From contig OZ059897.1 in NCBI GenBank assembly GCA_964057225.1, positions 19,034,001 to 19,098,000 on the forward strand: 64,000 nucleotides of DNA. The letters are read 5' to 3'. The stretch comes from Auanema rhodensis (lineage: Eukaryota > Animalia > Nematoda). Below, piece by piece: positions 26,301 through 40,500 of this stretch (positions within the stretch are counted from its first letter, which is position 1; the number at the start of each line of letters is the position of its first letter). The notes below the pieces were generated by a model. It saw nothing but the letters and a program-made list of their open reading frames with translations, made no database searches and was not told the DNA's origin. The translations under genes were made by a program, and so were the position numbers.

Positions 26301-29300
26301 CTTTTTTCAAGGCAAAGACGATGGACAATGTTATTCAACGAAAAAATTATTTCTTCAGGGTGAAAATCGAGGATATAAGTGTGAACTTATATCAGTTGAT
26401 ATCTCGGTGCATTTTTAAGCTAGCGCAAATCTGATAACACAGATCGACGCAGCTTAAAAATCCGCATCGAATGCACTATACTACATTGAAAAACGCTTGA
26501 TACAAAAATTAGTTATGATCGTTTGAAAAATGATGCATTAGTGTATGTTGAGTTTCCATGTACACTCAACATTGCTTCCAAAAACATTTCGACAAAAATT
26601 TTTTCGAAAAATTTCAAAATAATTTAGCAAAAAGTAGATGTTTTTAGATTCCATTTTTCAAGGCAAAGACGATAGACAATGTTATTCAACGAAAAAATTA
26701 ATTCTTCAGGGTGAAAATCGAGGATATAAGTGTGAACTTATATCAGTTGATATCTCGGTGCATTTTTAAGCTAGCGCAAATCTGATAACACAGATCGACG
26801 CAGCTTAAAAATCCGCATCGAATGCACTATACTACATTGAGAAACGCTTAATACAAAAATTAGTTATGATCGTTTGAAAAATGATGCATTAGTGTATGTT
26901 GAGTTTCCATGTACACTCAACATTGCTTCCAAAAACATTTTGACAAAAATTTTTTCGAAAAATTTCAAAATAATTTAGCAAAAAGTAGATGTTTTTAGAT
27001 TCCTTTTTTCAAGGCAAAAACGATGGACAATGTTATTCAACGAAAAAATTATTTCTTCAGGGTGAAAATCGAGGATATAAGTGTGAACTTATATCAGTTG
27101 ATATCTCGGTGCATTTTTAAGCTAGCGCAAATCTGATAACACAGATCGACGCAGCTTAAAAATCCGGATCGAATGCACTATACTACATTAAGAAACACTT
27201 GATACAAAAATTAGTTATGATCGTTTGAAAAATGATGCATTAGTGTATGTTGAGTTTCCATGTACACTCAACATTGCTTCCAAAAACATTTTGACAAAAA
27301 TTTTTTCGAAAAATTTCAAAATAATTTAGCAAAAAGTAGATGTTTTAAGATTCCATTTTTCAAGGCAAAGACGATGGACAATGTTATTCAACGAAAAAAT
27401 CAATTCTTCAGGGTGAAAATCGAGGATATAAGTGTGAACTTATATCAGTTGATATCTCGGTGCATTTTTAAGCTAGCGCAAATCTGATAACACAGATCGA
27501 CGCAGCTTAAAAATCCGCATCGAATGCACTATACTACATTGAGAAACGCTTAATACAAAAATTAGTTATGATCGTTTGAAAAATGATGCATTAGTGTATG
27601 TTGAGTTTCCATGTACACTCAACATTGCTTCCAAAAACATTTTGACAAAAATTTTTTCGAAAAATTTCAAAATAATTTAGCAAAAAGTAGATGTTTTAAG
27701 ATTCCATTTTTCAAGGCAAAGACGATGGACAATGTTATTCAACGAAAAAATTAATTCTTCAGGGTGAAAATCGAGGATATAAGTGTGAACTTATATCAGT
27801 TGATATCTCGGTGCATTTTTAAGCTAGCGCAAATCTGATAACACAGATCGACGCAGCTTAAAAATCCGCATCGAATGCACTATACTACATTGAGAAACGC
27901 GTGATACAAAAATTAGTTATGATCGTTTGAAAAATGATGCATTAGTGTATGTTGAGTTTCCATGTACACTCAACATTGCTTCCAAAAACATTTTGACAAA
28001 AATTTTTTCGAAAAATTTCAAAATAATTTAGCAAAAAGTAGATGTTTTTAGATTCCTTTTTTCAAGGCAAAGACGATGGACAATGTTATTCAACGAAAAA
28101 ATTATTTCTTCAGGGTGAAAATCGAGGATATAAGTGTGAACTTATATCAGTTGATATCTCGGTGCATTTTTAAGCTAGCGCAAATCTGATAACACAGATC
28201 GACGCAGCTTAAAAATCCGCATCGAATGCACTATACTACATTGAAAAACGCTTGATACAAAAATTAGTTATGATCGTTTGAAAAATGATGCATTAGTGTA
28301 TGTTGAGTTTCCATGTACACTCAACATTGCTTCCAAAAACATTTTGACAAAAATTTTTTCGAAAAATTTCAAAATAATTTAGCAAAAAGTAGATGTTTTT
28401 AGATTCCTTTTTTCAAGGCAAAGACGATGGACAATGTTATTCAACGAAAAAATTATTTCTTCAGGGTGAAAATCGAGGATATAAGTGTGAACTTATATCA
28501 GTTGATATCTCGGTGCATTTTTAAGCTAGCGCAAATCTGATAACACAGATCGACGCAGCTTAAAAATCCGCATCGAATGCACTATACTACATTGAAAAAC
28601 GCTTGATACAAAAATTAGTTATGATCGTTTGAAAAATGATGCATTAGTGTATGTTGAGTTTCCATGTACACTCAACATTGCTTCCAAAAACATTTCGACA
28701 AAAATTTTTTCGAAAAATTTCAAAATAATTTAGCAAAAAGTAGATGTTTTTAGATTCCATTTCTCAAGGCAAAGACGATAGACAATGTTATTCAACGAAA
28801 AAATTAATTCTTCAGGGTGAAAATCGAGGATATAAGTGTGAACTTATATCAGTTGATATCTCGGGGCATTTTTAAGCTAGCGCAAATCTGATAACACAGA
28901 TCGACGCAGCTTAAAAATCCGCATCGAATGCACTATACTACATTGAGAAACGCTCAATACAAAAATTAGCTATGATCGTTTGAAAAATGATGCATTAGTG
29001 TATGTTGAGTTTCCATGTACACTCAACATTGCTTCCAAAAACATTTTGACAAAAATTTTTTCGAAAAATTTCAAAATAATTTAGCAAAAAGTAGATGTTT
29101 TTAGATTCCTTTTTTCAAGGCAAAAACGATGGACAATGTTATTCAACGAAAAAATTATTTCTTCAGGGTGAAAATCGAGGATATAAGTGTGAACTTATAT
29201 CAGTTGATATCTCGGTGCATTTTTAAGCTAGCGCAAATCTGATAACACAGATCGACGCAGCTTAAAAATCCGCATCGAATGCACTATACTACATTGAGAA

Positions 29301-31416
29301 ATGCTTAATACAAAAATTAGTTATGATCGTTTGAAAAATGATGCATTAGTGTATGTTGAGTTTCCATGTACACTCAACATTGCTTCCAAAAACATTTTGA
29401 CAAAAATTTTTTCGAAAAATTTCAAAATAATTTAGCAAAAAGTAGATGTTTTAAGATTCCATTTTTCAAGGCAAAGACGATGGACAATGTTATTCAACGA
29501 AAAAATTAATTCTTCAGGGTGAAAATCGAGGATATAAGTGTGAACTTATATCAGTTGATATCTCGGTGCATTTTTAAGCTAGCGCAAATCTGATAACACA
29601 GATCGACGCAGCTTAAAAATCCGCATCGAATGCACTATACTACATTGAGAAACGCTTAATACAAAAATTAGTTATGATCGTTTGAAAAATGATGCATTAG
29701 TGTATGTTGAGTTTCCATGTACACTCAACATTGCTTCCAAAAACATTTTGACAAAAATTTTTTCGAAAAATTTCAAAATAATTTAGCAAAAAGTAGATGT
29801 TTTTAGATTCCATTTTTCAAGGCAAAGACGATAGACAATGTTATTCAACGAAAAAATTAATTCTTCAGGGTGAAAATCGAGGATATAAGTGTGAACTTAT
29901 ATCAGTTGATATCTCGGTGCATTTTTAAGCTAGCGCAAATCTGATAACACAGATCGACGCAGCTTAAAAATCCGCATCGAATGCACTATACTACATTGAG
30001 AAACGCTTAATACAAAAATTAGTTATGATCGTTTGAAAAATGATGCATTAGTGTATGTTGAGTTTCCATGTACACTCAACATTGCTTCCAAAAACATTTT
30101 GACAAAAATTTTTTCGAAAAATTTCAAAATAATTTAGCAAAAAGTAGATGTTTTAAGATTCCATTTTTCAAGGCAAAGACGATGGACAATGTTATTCAAC
30201 GAAAAAATTAATTCTTCAGGGTGAAAATCGAGGATATAAGTGTGAACTTATATCAGTTGATATCTCGGTGCATTTTTAAGCTAGCGCAAATCTGATAACA
30301 CAGATCGACGCAGCTTAAAAATCCGCATCGAATGCACTATACTACATTGAGAAACGCTTAATACAAAAATTAGTTATGATCGTTTGAAAAATGATGCATT
30401 AGTGTATGTTGAGTTTCCATGTACACTCAACATTGCTTCCAAAAACATTTTGACAAAAATTTTTTCGAAAAATTTCAAAATAATTTAGCAAAAAGTAGAT
30501 GTTTTTAGATTCCATTTTTCAAGGCAAAGACGATGGACAATGTTATTCAACGAAAAAATTAATTCTTCAGGGTGAAAATCGAGGATATAAGTGTGAACTT
30601 ATATCAGTTGATATCTCGGTGCATTTTTAAGCTAGCGCAAATCTGATAACACAGATCGACGCAGCTTAAAAATCCGCATCGAATGCACTATACTACATTG
30701 AGAAACGCTTAATAGAAAAATTAGTTATGATCGTTTGAAAAATGATGCATTAGTGTATGTTGAGTTTCCATGTACACTCAACATTGCTTCCAAAAACATT
30801 TTGACAAAAATTTTTTCGAAAAATTTCAAAATAATTTAGCAAAAAGTAGATGTTTTAAGATTCCATTTTTCAAGGCAAAGACGATGGACAATGTTATTCA
30901 ACGAAAAAATTATTTCTTCAGGGTGAAAATCGAGGATATAAGTGTGAACTTATATCAGTTGATATCTCGGTGCATTTTTAAGCTAGCGCAAATCTGATAA
31001 CACAGATCGACGCAGCTTAAAAATCCGCATCGAATGCACTATACTACATTGAAAAACGCTTGATACAAAAATTAGTTATGATCGTTTGAAAAATGATGCA
31101 TTAGTGTATGTTGAGTTTCCATGTACACTCAACATTGCTTCCAAAAACATTTTGACAAAAATTTTTTCGAAAAATTTCAAAATAATTTAGCAAAAAGTAG
31201 ATGTTTTAAGATTCCATTTTTCAAGGCAAAGACGATGGACAATGTTATTCAACGAAAAAATTAATTCTTCAGGGTGAAAATCGAGGATATAAGTGTGAAC
31301 TTATATCAGTTGATATCTCGGTGCATTTTTAAGCTAGCGCAAATCTGATAACACAGATCGACGCAGCTTAAAAATCCGCATCGAATGCACTATACTACAT
31401 TGAGAAACGCTTAATA

Positions 31417-34400
31417 GAAAAATTAGTTATGATCGTTTGAAAAATGATGCATTAGTGTATGTTGAGTTTCCATGTACACTCAACATTGCTTCCAAAAACA
31501 TTTTGACAAAAATTTTTTCGAAAAATTTCAAAATAATTTAGCAAAAAGTAGATGTTTTAAGATTCCATTTTTCAAGGCAAAGACGATGGACAATGTTATT
31601 CAACGAAAAAATTATTTCTTCAGGGTGAAAATCGAGGATATAAGTGTGAACTTATATCAGTTGATATCTCGGTGCATTTTTAAGCTAGCGCAAATCTGAT
31701 AACACAGATCGACGCAGCTTAAAAATCCGCATCGAATGCACTATACTACATTAAGAAACACTTGATACAAAAATTAGTTATGATCGTTTGAAAAATGATG
31801 CATTAGTGTATGTTGAGTTTCCATGTACACTCAACATTGCTTCCAAAAACATTTTGACAAAAATTTTTTCGAAAAATTTCAAAATAATTTAGCAAAAAGT
31901 AGATGTTTTTAGATTCCATTTTTCAAGGCAAAGACGATACACAATGTTATTCAACGAAAAAATTAATTCTTCAGGGTGAAAATCGAGGATATAAGTGTGA
32001 ACTTATATCAGTTGATATCTCGGTGCATTTTTAAGCTAGCGCAAATCTGATAACACAGATCGACGCAGCTTAATAATCCGCATCGAATGCACTATACTAC
32101 ATTAAGAAACACTTGATACAAAAATTAGTTATGATCGTTTGAAAAATGATGCATTAGTGTATGTTGAGTTTCCATGTACACTCAACATTGCTTCCAAAAA
32201 CATTTTGACAAAAATTTTTTCGAAAAATTTCAAAATAATTTAGCAAAAAGTAGATGTTTTAAGATTCCATTTTTCAAGGCAAAGACGATGGACAATGTTA
32301 TTCAACGAAAAAATTAATTCTTCAGGGTGAAAATCGAGGATATAAGTGTGAACTTATATCAGTTGATATCTCGGTGCATTTTTAAGCTAGCGCAAATCTG
32401 ATAACACAGATCGACGCAGCTTAAAAATCCGCATCGAATGCACTATACTACATTGAGAAACGCTTAATAGAAAAATTAGTTATGATCGTTTGAAAAATGA
32501 TGCATTAGTGTATGTTGAGTTTCCATGTACACTCAACATTGCTTCCAAAAACATTTTGACAAAAATTTTTTCGAAAAATTTCAAAATAATTTAGCAAAAA
32601 GTAGATGTTTTAAGATTCCATTTTTCAAGGCAAAGACGATGGACAATGTTATTCAACGAAAAAATTATTTCTTCAGGGTGAAAATCGAGGATATAAGTGT
32701 GAACTTATATCAGTTGATATCTCGGTGCATTTTTAAGCTAGCGCAAATCTGATAACACAGATCGACGCAGCTTAAAAATCCGCATCGAATGCACTATACT
32801 ACATTGAAAAACGCTTGATACAAAAATTAGTTATGATCGTTTGAAAAATGATGCATTAGTGTATGTTGAGTTTCCATGTACACTCAACATTGCTTCCAAA
32901 AACATTTTGACAAAAATTTTTTCGAAAAATTTCAAAAAAATGTAGCAAAAAGTAGATGTTTTTAGATTCCTTTTTTCAAGGCAAAAACGATGGACAATGT
33001 TATTCAACGAAAAAATTATTTCTTCAGGGTGAAAATCGAGGATATAAGTGTGAACTTATATCAGTTGATATCTCGGTGCATTTTTAAGCTAGCGCAAATC
33101 TGATAACACAGATCGACGCAGCTTAAAAATCCGGATCGAATGCACTATACTACATTAAGAAACACTTGATACAAAAATTAGTTATGATCGTTTGAAAAAT
33201 GATGCATTAGTGTATGTTGAGTTTCCATGTACACTCAACATTGCTTCCAAAAACATTTTGACAAAAATTTTTTCGAAAAATTTCAAAATAATTTAGCAAA
33301 AAGTAGATGTTTTTAGATTCCATTTTTCAAGGCAAAGACGATAGACAATGTTATTCAACGAAAAAATTAATTCTTCAGGGTGAAAATCGAGGATATAAGT
33401 GTGAACTTATATCAGTTGATATCTCGGTGCATTTTTAAGCTAGCGCAAATCTGATAACACAGATCGACGCAGCTTAATAATCCGCATCGAATGCACTATA
33501 CTACATTAAGAAACACTTGATACAAAAATTAGTTATGATCGTTTGAAAAATGATGCATTAGTGTATGTTGAGTTTCCATGTACACTCAACATTGCTTCCA
33601 AAAACATTTTGACAAAAATTTTTTCGAAAAATTTCAAAATAATTTAGCAAAAAGTAGATGTTTTAAGATTCCATTTTTCAAGGCAAAGACGATGGACAAT
33701 GTTATTCAACGAAAAAATTAATTCTTCAGGGTGAAAATCGAGGATATAAGTGTGAACTTATATCAGTTGATATCTCGGTGCATTTTTAAGCTAGCGCAAA
33801 TCTGATAACACAGATCGACGCAGCTTAAAAATCCGCATCGAATGCACTATACTACATTGAGAAACGCTTAATAGAAAAATTAGTTATGATCGTTTGAAAA
33901 ATGATGCATTAGTGTATGTTGAGTTTCCATGTACACTCAACATTGCTTCCAAAAACATTTTGACAAAAATTTTTTCGAAAAATTTCAAAATAATTTAGCA
34001 AAAAGTAGATGTTTTAAGATTCCATTTTTCAAGGCAAAGACGATGGACAATGTTATTCAACGAAAAAATTATTTCTTCAGGGTGAAAATCGAGGATATAA
34101 GTGTGAACTTATATCAGTTGATATCTCGGTGCATTTTTAAGCTAGCGCAAATCTGATAACACAGATCGACGCAGCTTAAAAATCCGCATCGAATGCACTA
34201 TACTACATTAAGAAACACTTGATACAAAAATTAGTTATGATCGTTTGAAAAATGATGCATTAGTGTATGTTGAGTTTCCATGTACACTCAACATTGCTTC
34301 CAAAAACATTTTGACAAAAATTTTTTCGAAAAATTTCAAAATAATTTAGCAAAAAGTAGATGTTTTTAGATTCCATTTTTCAAGGCAAAGACGATACACA

Positions 34401-37400
34401 ATGTTATTCAACGAAAAAATTAATTCTTCAGGGTGAAAATCGAGGATATAAGTGTGAACTTATATCAGTTGATATCTCGGTGCATTTTTAAGCTAGCGCA
34501 AATCTGATAACACAGATCGACGCAGCTTAATAATCCGCATCGAATGCACTATACTACATTAAGAAACACTTGATACAAAAATTAGTTATGATCGTTTGAA
34601 AAATGATGCATTAGTGTATGTTGAGTTTCCATGTACACTCAACATTGCTTCCAAAAACATTTTGACAAAAATTTTTTCGAAAAATTTCAAAATAATTTAG
34701 CAAAAAGTAGATGTTTTAAGATTCCATTTTTCAAGGCAAAGACGATGGACAATGTTATTCAACGAAAAAATTAATTCTTCAGGGTGAAAATCGAGGATAT
34801 AAGTGTGAACTTATATCAGTTGATATCTCGGTGCATTTTTAAGCTAGCGCAAATCTGATAACACAGATCGACGCAGCTTAAAAATCCGCATCGAATGCAC
34901 TATACTACATTGAGAAACGCTTAATAGAAAAATTAGTTATGATCGTTTGAAAAATGATGCATTAGTGTATGTTGAGTTTCCATGTACACTCAACATTGCT
35001 TCCAAAAACATTTTGACAAAAATTTTTTCGAAAAATTTCAAAATAATTTAGCAAAAAGTAGATGTTTTAAGATTCCATTTTTCAAGGCAAAGACGATGGA
35101 CAATGTTATTCAACGAAAAAATTATTTCTTCAGGGTGAAAATCGAGGATATAAGTGTGAACTTATATCAGTTGATATCTCGGTGCATTTTTAAGCTAGCG
35201 CAAATCTGATAACACAGATCGACGCAGCTTAAAAATCCGCATCGAATGCACTATACTACATTGAAAAACGCTTGATACAAAAATTAGTTATGATCGTTTG
35301 AAAAATGATGCATTAGTGTATGTTGAGTTTCCATGTACACTCAACATTGCTTCCAAAAACATTTTGACAAAAATTTTTTCGAAAAATTTCAAAAAAATGT
35401 AGCAAAAAGTAGATGTTTTTAGATTCCTTTTTTCAAGGCAAAAACGATGGACAATGTTATTCAACGAAAAAATTATTTCTTCAGGGTGAAAATCGAGGAT
35501 ATAAGTGTGAACTTATATCAGTTGATATCTCGGTGCATTTTTAAGCTAGCGCAAATCTGATAACACAGATCGACGCAGCTTAAAAATCCGGATCGAATGC
35601 ACTATACTACATTAAGAAACACTTGATACAAAAATTAGTTATGATCGTTTGAAAAATGATGCATTAGTGTATGTTGAGTTTCCATGTACACTCAACATTG
35701 CTTCCAAAAACATTTTGACAAAAATTTTTTCGAAAAATTTCAAAATAATTTAGCAAAAAGTAGATGTTTTTAGATTCCATTTTTCAAGGCAAAGACGATA
35801 GACAATGTTATTCAACGAAAAAATTAATTCTTCAGGGTGAAAATCGAGGATATAAGTGTGAACTTATATCAGTTGATATCTCGGTGCATTTTTAAGCTAG
35901 CGCAAATCTGATAACACAGATCGACGCAGCTTAATAATCCGCATCGAATGCACTATACTACATTAAGAAACACTTGATACAAAAATTAGTTATGATCGTT
36001 TGAAAAATGATGCATTAGTGTATGTTGAGTTTCCATGTACACTCAACATTGCTTCCAAAAACATTTTGACAAAAATTTTTTCGAAAAATTTCAAAATAAT
36101 TTAGCAAAAAGTAGATGTTTTAAGATTCCATTTTTCAAGGCAAAGACGATGGACAATGTTATTCAACGAAAAAATTAATTCTTCAGGGTGAAAATCGAGG
36201 ATATAAGTGTGAACTTATATCAGTTGATATCTCGGTGCATTTTTAAGCTAGCGCAAATCTGATAACACAGATCGACGCAGCTTAAAAATCCGCATCGAAT
36301 GCACTATACTACATTGAGAAACGCTTAATAGAAAAATTAGTTATGATCGTTTGAAAAATGATGCATTAGTGTATGTTGAGTTTCCATGTACACTCAACAT
36401 TGCTTCCAAAAACATTTTGACAAAAATTTTTTCGAAAAATTTCAAAATAATTTAGCAAAAAGTAGATGTTTTAAGATTCCATTTTTCAAGGCAAAGACGA
36501 TGGACAATGTTATTCAACGAAAAAATTATTTCTTCAGGGTGAAAATCGAGGATATAAGTGTGAACTTATATCAGTTGATATCTCGGTGCATTTTTAAGCT
36601 AGCGCAAATCTGATAACACAGATCGACGCAGCTTAAAAATCCGCATCGAATGCACTATACTACATTGAAAAACGCTTGATACAAAAATTAGTTATGATCG
36701 TTTGAAAAATGATGCATTAGTGTATGTTGAGTTTCCATGTACACTCAACATTGCTTCCAAAAACATTTTGACAAAAATTTTTTCGAAAAATTTCAAAAAA
36801 ATTTAGCAAAAAGTAGATGTTTTTAGATTCCTTTTTTCAAGGCAAAAACGATGGACAATGTTATTCAACGAAAAAATTTTTTCTTCAGGGTGAAAATCGA
36901 GGATATAAGTGTGAACTTATATCAGTTGATATCTCGGTGCATTTTTAAGCTAGCGCAAATCTGATAACACAGATCGACGCAGCTTAAAAATCCGGATCGA
37001 ATGCACTATACTACATTAAGAAACACTTGATACAAAAATTAGTTATGATCGTTTGAAAAATGATGCATTAGTGTATGTTGAGTTTCCATGTACACTCAAC
37101 ATTGCTTCCAAAAACATTTTGACAAAAATTTTTTCGAAAAATTTCAAAATAATTTAGCAAAAAGTAGATGTTTTTAGATTCCATTTTTCAAGGCAAAGAC
37201 GATAGACAATGTTATTCAACGAAAAAATTAATTCTTCAGGGTGAAAATCGAGGATATAAGTGTGAACTTATATCAGTTGATATCTCGGTGCATTTTTAAG
37301 CTAGCGCAAATCTGATAACACAGATCGACGCAGCTTAATAATCCGCATCGAATGCACTATACTACATTAAGAAACACTTGATACAAAAATTAGTTATGAT

Positions 37401-40400
37401 CGTTTGAAAAATGATGCATTAGTGTATGTTGAGTTTCCATGTACACTCAACATTGCTTCCAAAAACATTTTGACAAAAATTTTTTCGAAAAATTTCAAAA
37501 TAATTTAGCAAAAAGTAGATGTTTTAAGATTCCATTTTTCAAGGCAAAGACGATGGACAATGTTATTCAACGAAAAAATTAATTCTTCAGGGTGAAAATC
37601 GAGGATATAAGTGTGAACTTATATCAGTTGATATCTCGGTGCATTTTTAAGCTAGCGCAAATCTGATAACACAGATCGACGCAGCTTAAAAATCCGCATC
37701 GAATGCACTATACTACATTGAGAAACGCTTAATAGAAAAATTAGTTATGATCGTTTGAAAAATGATGCATTAGTGTATGTTGAGTTTCCATGTACACTCA
37801 ACATTGCTTCCAAAAACATTTTGACAAAAATTTTTTCGAAAAATTTCAAAATAATTTAGCAAAAAGTAGATGTTTTAAGATTCCATTTTTCAAGGCAAAG
37901 ACGATGGACAATGTTATTCAACGAAAAAATTATTTCTTCAGGGTGAAAATCGAGGATATAAGTGTGAACTTATATCAGTTGATATCTCGGTGCATTTTTA
38001 AGCTAGCGCAAATCTGATAACACAGATCGACGCAGCTTAAAAATCCGCATCGAATGCACTATACTACATTGAAAAACGCTTGATACAAAAATTAGTTATG
38101 ATCGTTTGAAAAATGATGCATTAGTGTATGTTGAGTTTCCATGTACACTCAACATTGCTTCCAAAAACATTTTGACAAAAATTTTTTCGAAAAATTTCAA
38201 AAAAATTTAGCAAAAAGTAGATGTTTTTAGATTCCTTTTTTCAAGGCAAAAACGATGGACAATGTTATTCAACGAAAAAATTATTTCTTCAGGGTGAAAA
38301 TCGAGGATATAAGTGTGAACTTATATCAGTTGATATCTCGGTGCATTTTTAAGCTAGCGCAAATCTGATAACACAGATCGACGCAGCTTAAAAATCCGGA
38401 TCGAATGCACTATACTACATTAAGAAACACTTGATACAAAAATTAGTTATGATCGTTTGAAAAATGATGCATTAGTGTATGTTGAGTTTCCATGTACACT
38501 CAACATTGCTTCCAAAAACATTTTGACAAAAATTTTTTCGAAAAATTTCAAAATAATTTAGCAAAAAGTAGATGTTTTTAGATTCCATTTTTCAAGGCAA
38601 AGACGATAGACAATGTTATTCAACGAAAAAATTAATTCTTCAGGGTGAAAATCGAGGATATAAGTGTGAACTTATATCAGTTGATATCTCGGTGCATTTT
38701 TAAGCTAGCGCAAATCTGATAACACAGATCGACGCAGCTTAATAATCCGCATCGAATGCACTATACTACATTAAGAAACACTTGATACAAAAATTAGTTA
38801 TGATCGTTTGAAAAATGATGCATTAGTGTATGTTGAGTTTCCATGTACACTCAACATTGCTTCCAAAAACATTTTGACAAAAATTTTTTCGAAAAATTTC
38901 AAAATAATTTAGCAAAAAGTAGATGTTTTAAGATTCCATTTTTCAAGGCAAAGACGATGGACAATGTTATTCAACGAAAAAATTAATTCTTCAGGGTGAA
39001 AATCGAGGATATAAGTGTGAACTTATATCAGTTGATATCTCGGTGCATTTTTAAGCTAGCGCAAATCTGATAACACAGATCGACGCAGCTTAAAAATCCG
39101 CATCGAATGCACTATACTACATTGAGAAACGCTTAATAGAAAAATTAGTTATGATCGTTTGAAAAATGATGCATTAGTGTATGTTGAGTTTCCATGTACA
39201 CTCAACATTGCTTCCAAAAACATTTTGACAAAAATTTTTTCGAAAAATTTCAAAATAATTTAGCAAAAAGTAGATGTTTTAAGATTCCATTTTTCAAGGC
39301 AAAGACGATGGACAATGTTATTCAACGAAAAAATTATTTCTTCAGGGTGAAAATCGAGGATATAAGTGTGAACTTATATCAGTTGATATCTCGGTGCATT
39401 TTTAAGCTAGCGCAAATCTGATAACACAGATCGACGCAGCTTAAAAATCCGCATCGAATGCACTATACTACATTGAAAAACGCTTGATACAAAAATTAGT
39501 TATGATCGTTTGAAAAATGATGCATTAGTGTATGTTGAGTTTCCATGTACACTCAACATTGCTTCCAAAAACATTTTGACAAAAATTTTTTCGAAAAATT
39601 TCAAAAAAATTTAGCAAAAAGTAGATGTTTTTAGATTCCTTTTTTCAAGGCAAAAACGATGGACAATGTTATTCAACGAAAAAATTATTTCTTCAGGGTG
39701 AAAATCGAGGATATAAGTGTGAACTTATATCAGTTGATATCTCGGTGCATTTTTAAGCTAGCGCAAATCTGATAACACAGATCGACGCAGCTTAAAAATC
39801 CGGATCGAATGCACTATACTACATTAAGAAACACTTGATACAAAAATTAGTTATGATCGTTTGAAAAATGATGCATTAGTGTATGTTAAGTTTCCATGTA
39901 CACTCAACATTGCTTCCAAAAACATTTTGACAAAAATTTTTTCGAAAAATTTCAAAATAATTTAGCAAAAAGTAGATGTTTTTAGATTCCATTTTTCAAG
40001 GCAAAGACGATAGACAATGTTATTCAACGAAAAAATTAATTCTTCAGGGTGAAAATCGAGGATATAAGTGTGAACTTATATCAGTTGATATCTGGGTGCA
40101 TTTTTAAGCTAGCGCAAATCTGATAACACAGATCGACGCAGCTTAATAATCCGCATCGAATGCACTATACTACATTAAGAAACACTTGATACAAAAATTA
40201 GTTATGATCGTTTGAAAAATGATGCATTAGTGTATGTTGAGTTTCCATGTACACTCAACATTGCTTCCAAAAACATTTTGACAAAAATTTTTTCGAAAAA
40301 TTTCAAAATAATTTAGCAAAAAGTAGATGTTTTAAGATTCCATTTTTCAAGGCAAAGACGATGGACAATGTTATTCAACGAAAAAATTAATTCTTCAGGG

Positions 40401-40500
40401 TGAAAATCGAGGATATAAGTGTGAACTTATATCAGTTGATATCTCGGTGCATTTTTAAGCTAGCGCAAATCTGATAACACAGATCGACGCAGCTTAAAAA
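31417..40500. repeat. Higher-order repeat domain: 4-mer (1404 bp) with a duplicated 3+4 = 7-mer
   Basis: aataGaaaa at 31417, 32470, 33874, 34927, 36331, 37735, 39139; gataCac 31940/34397; aaatGtagc 32942/35399. Confidence 0.85.
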
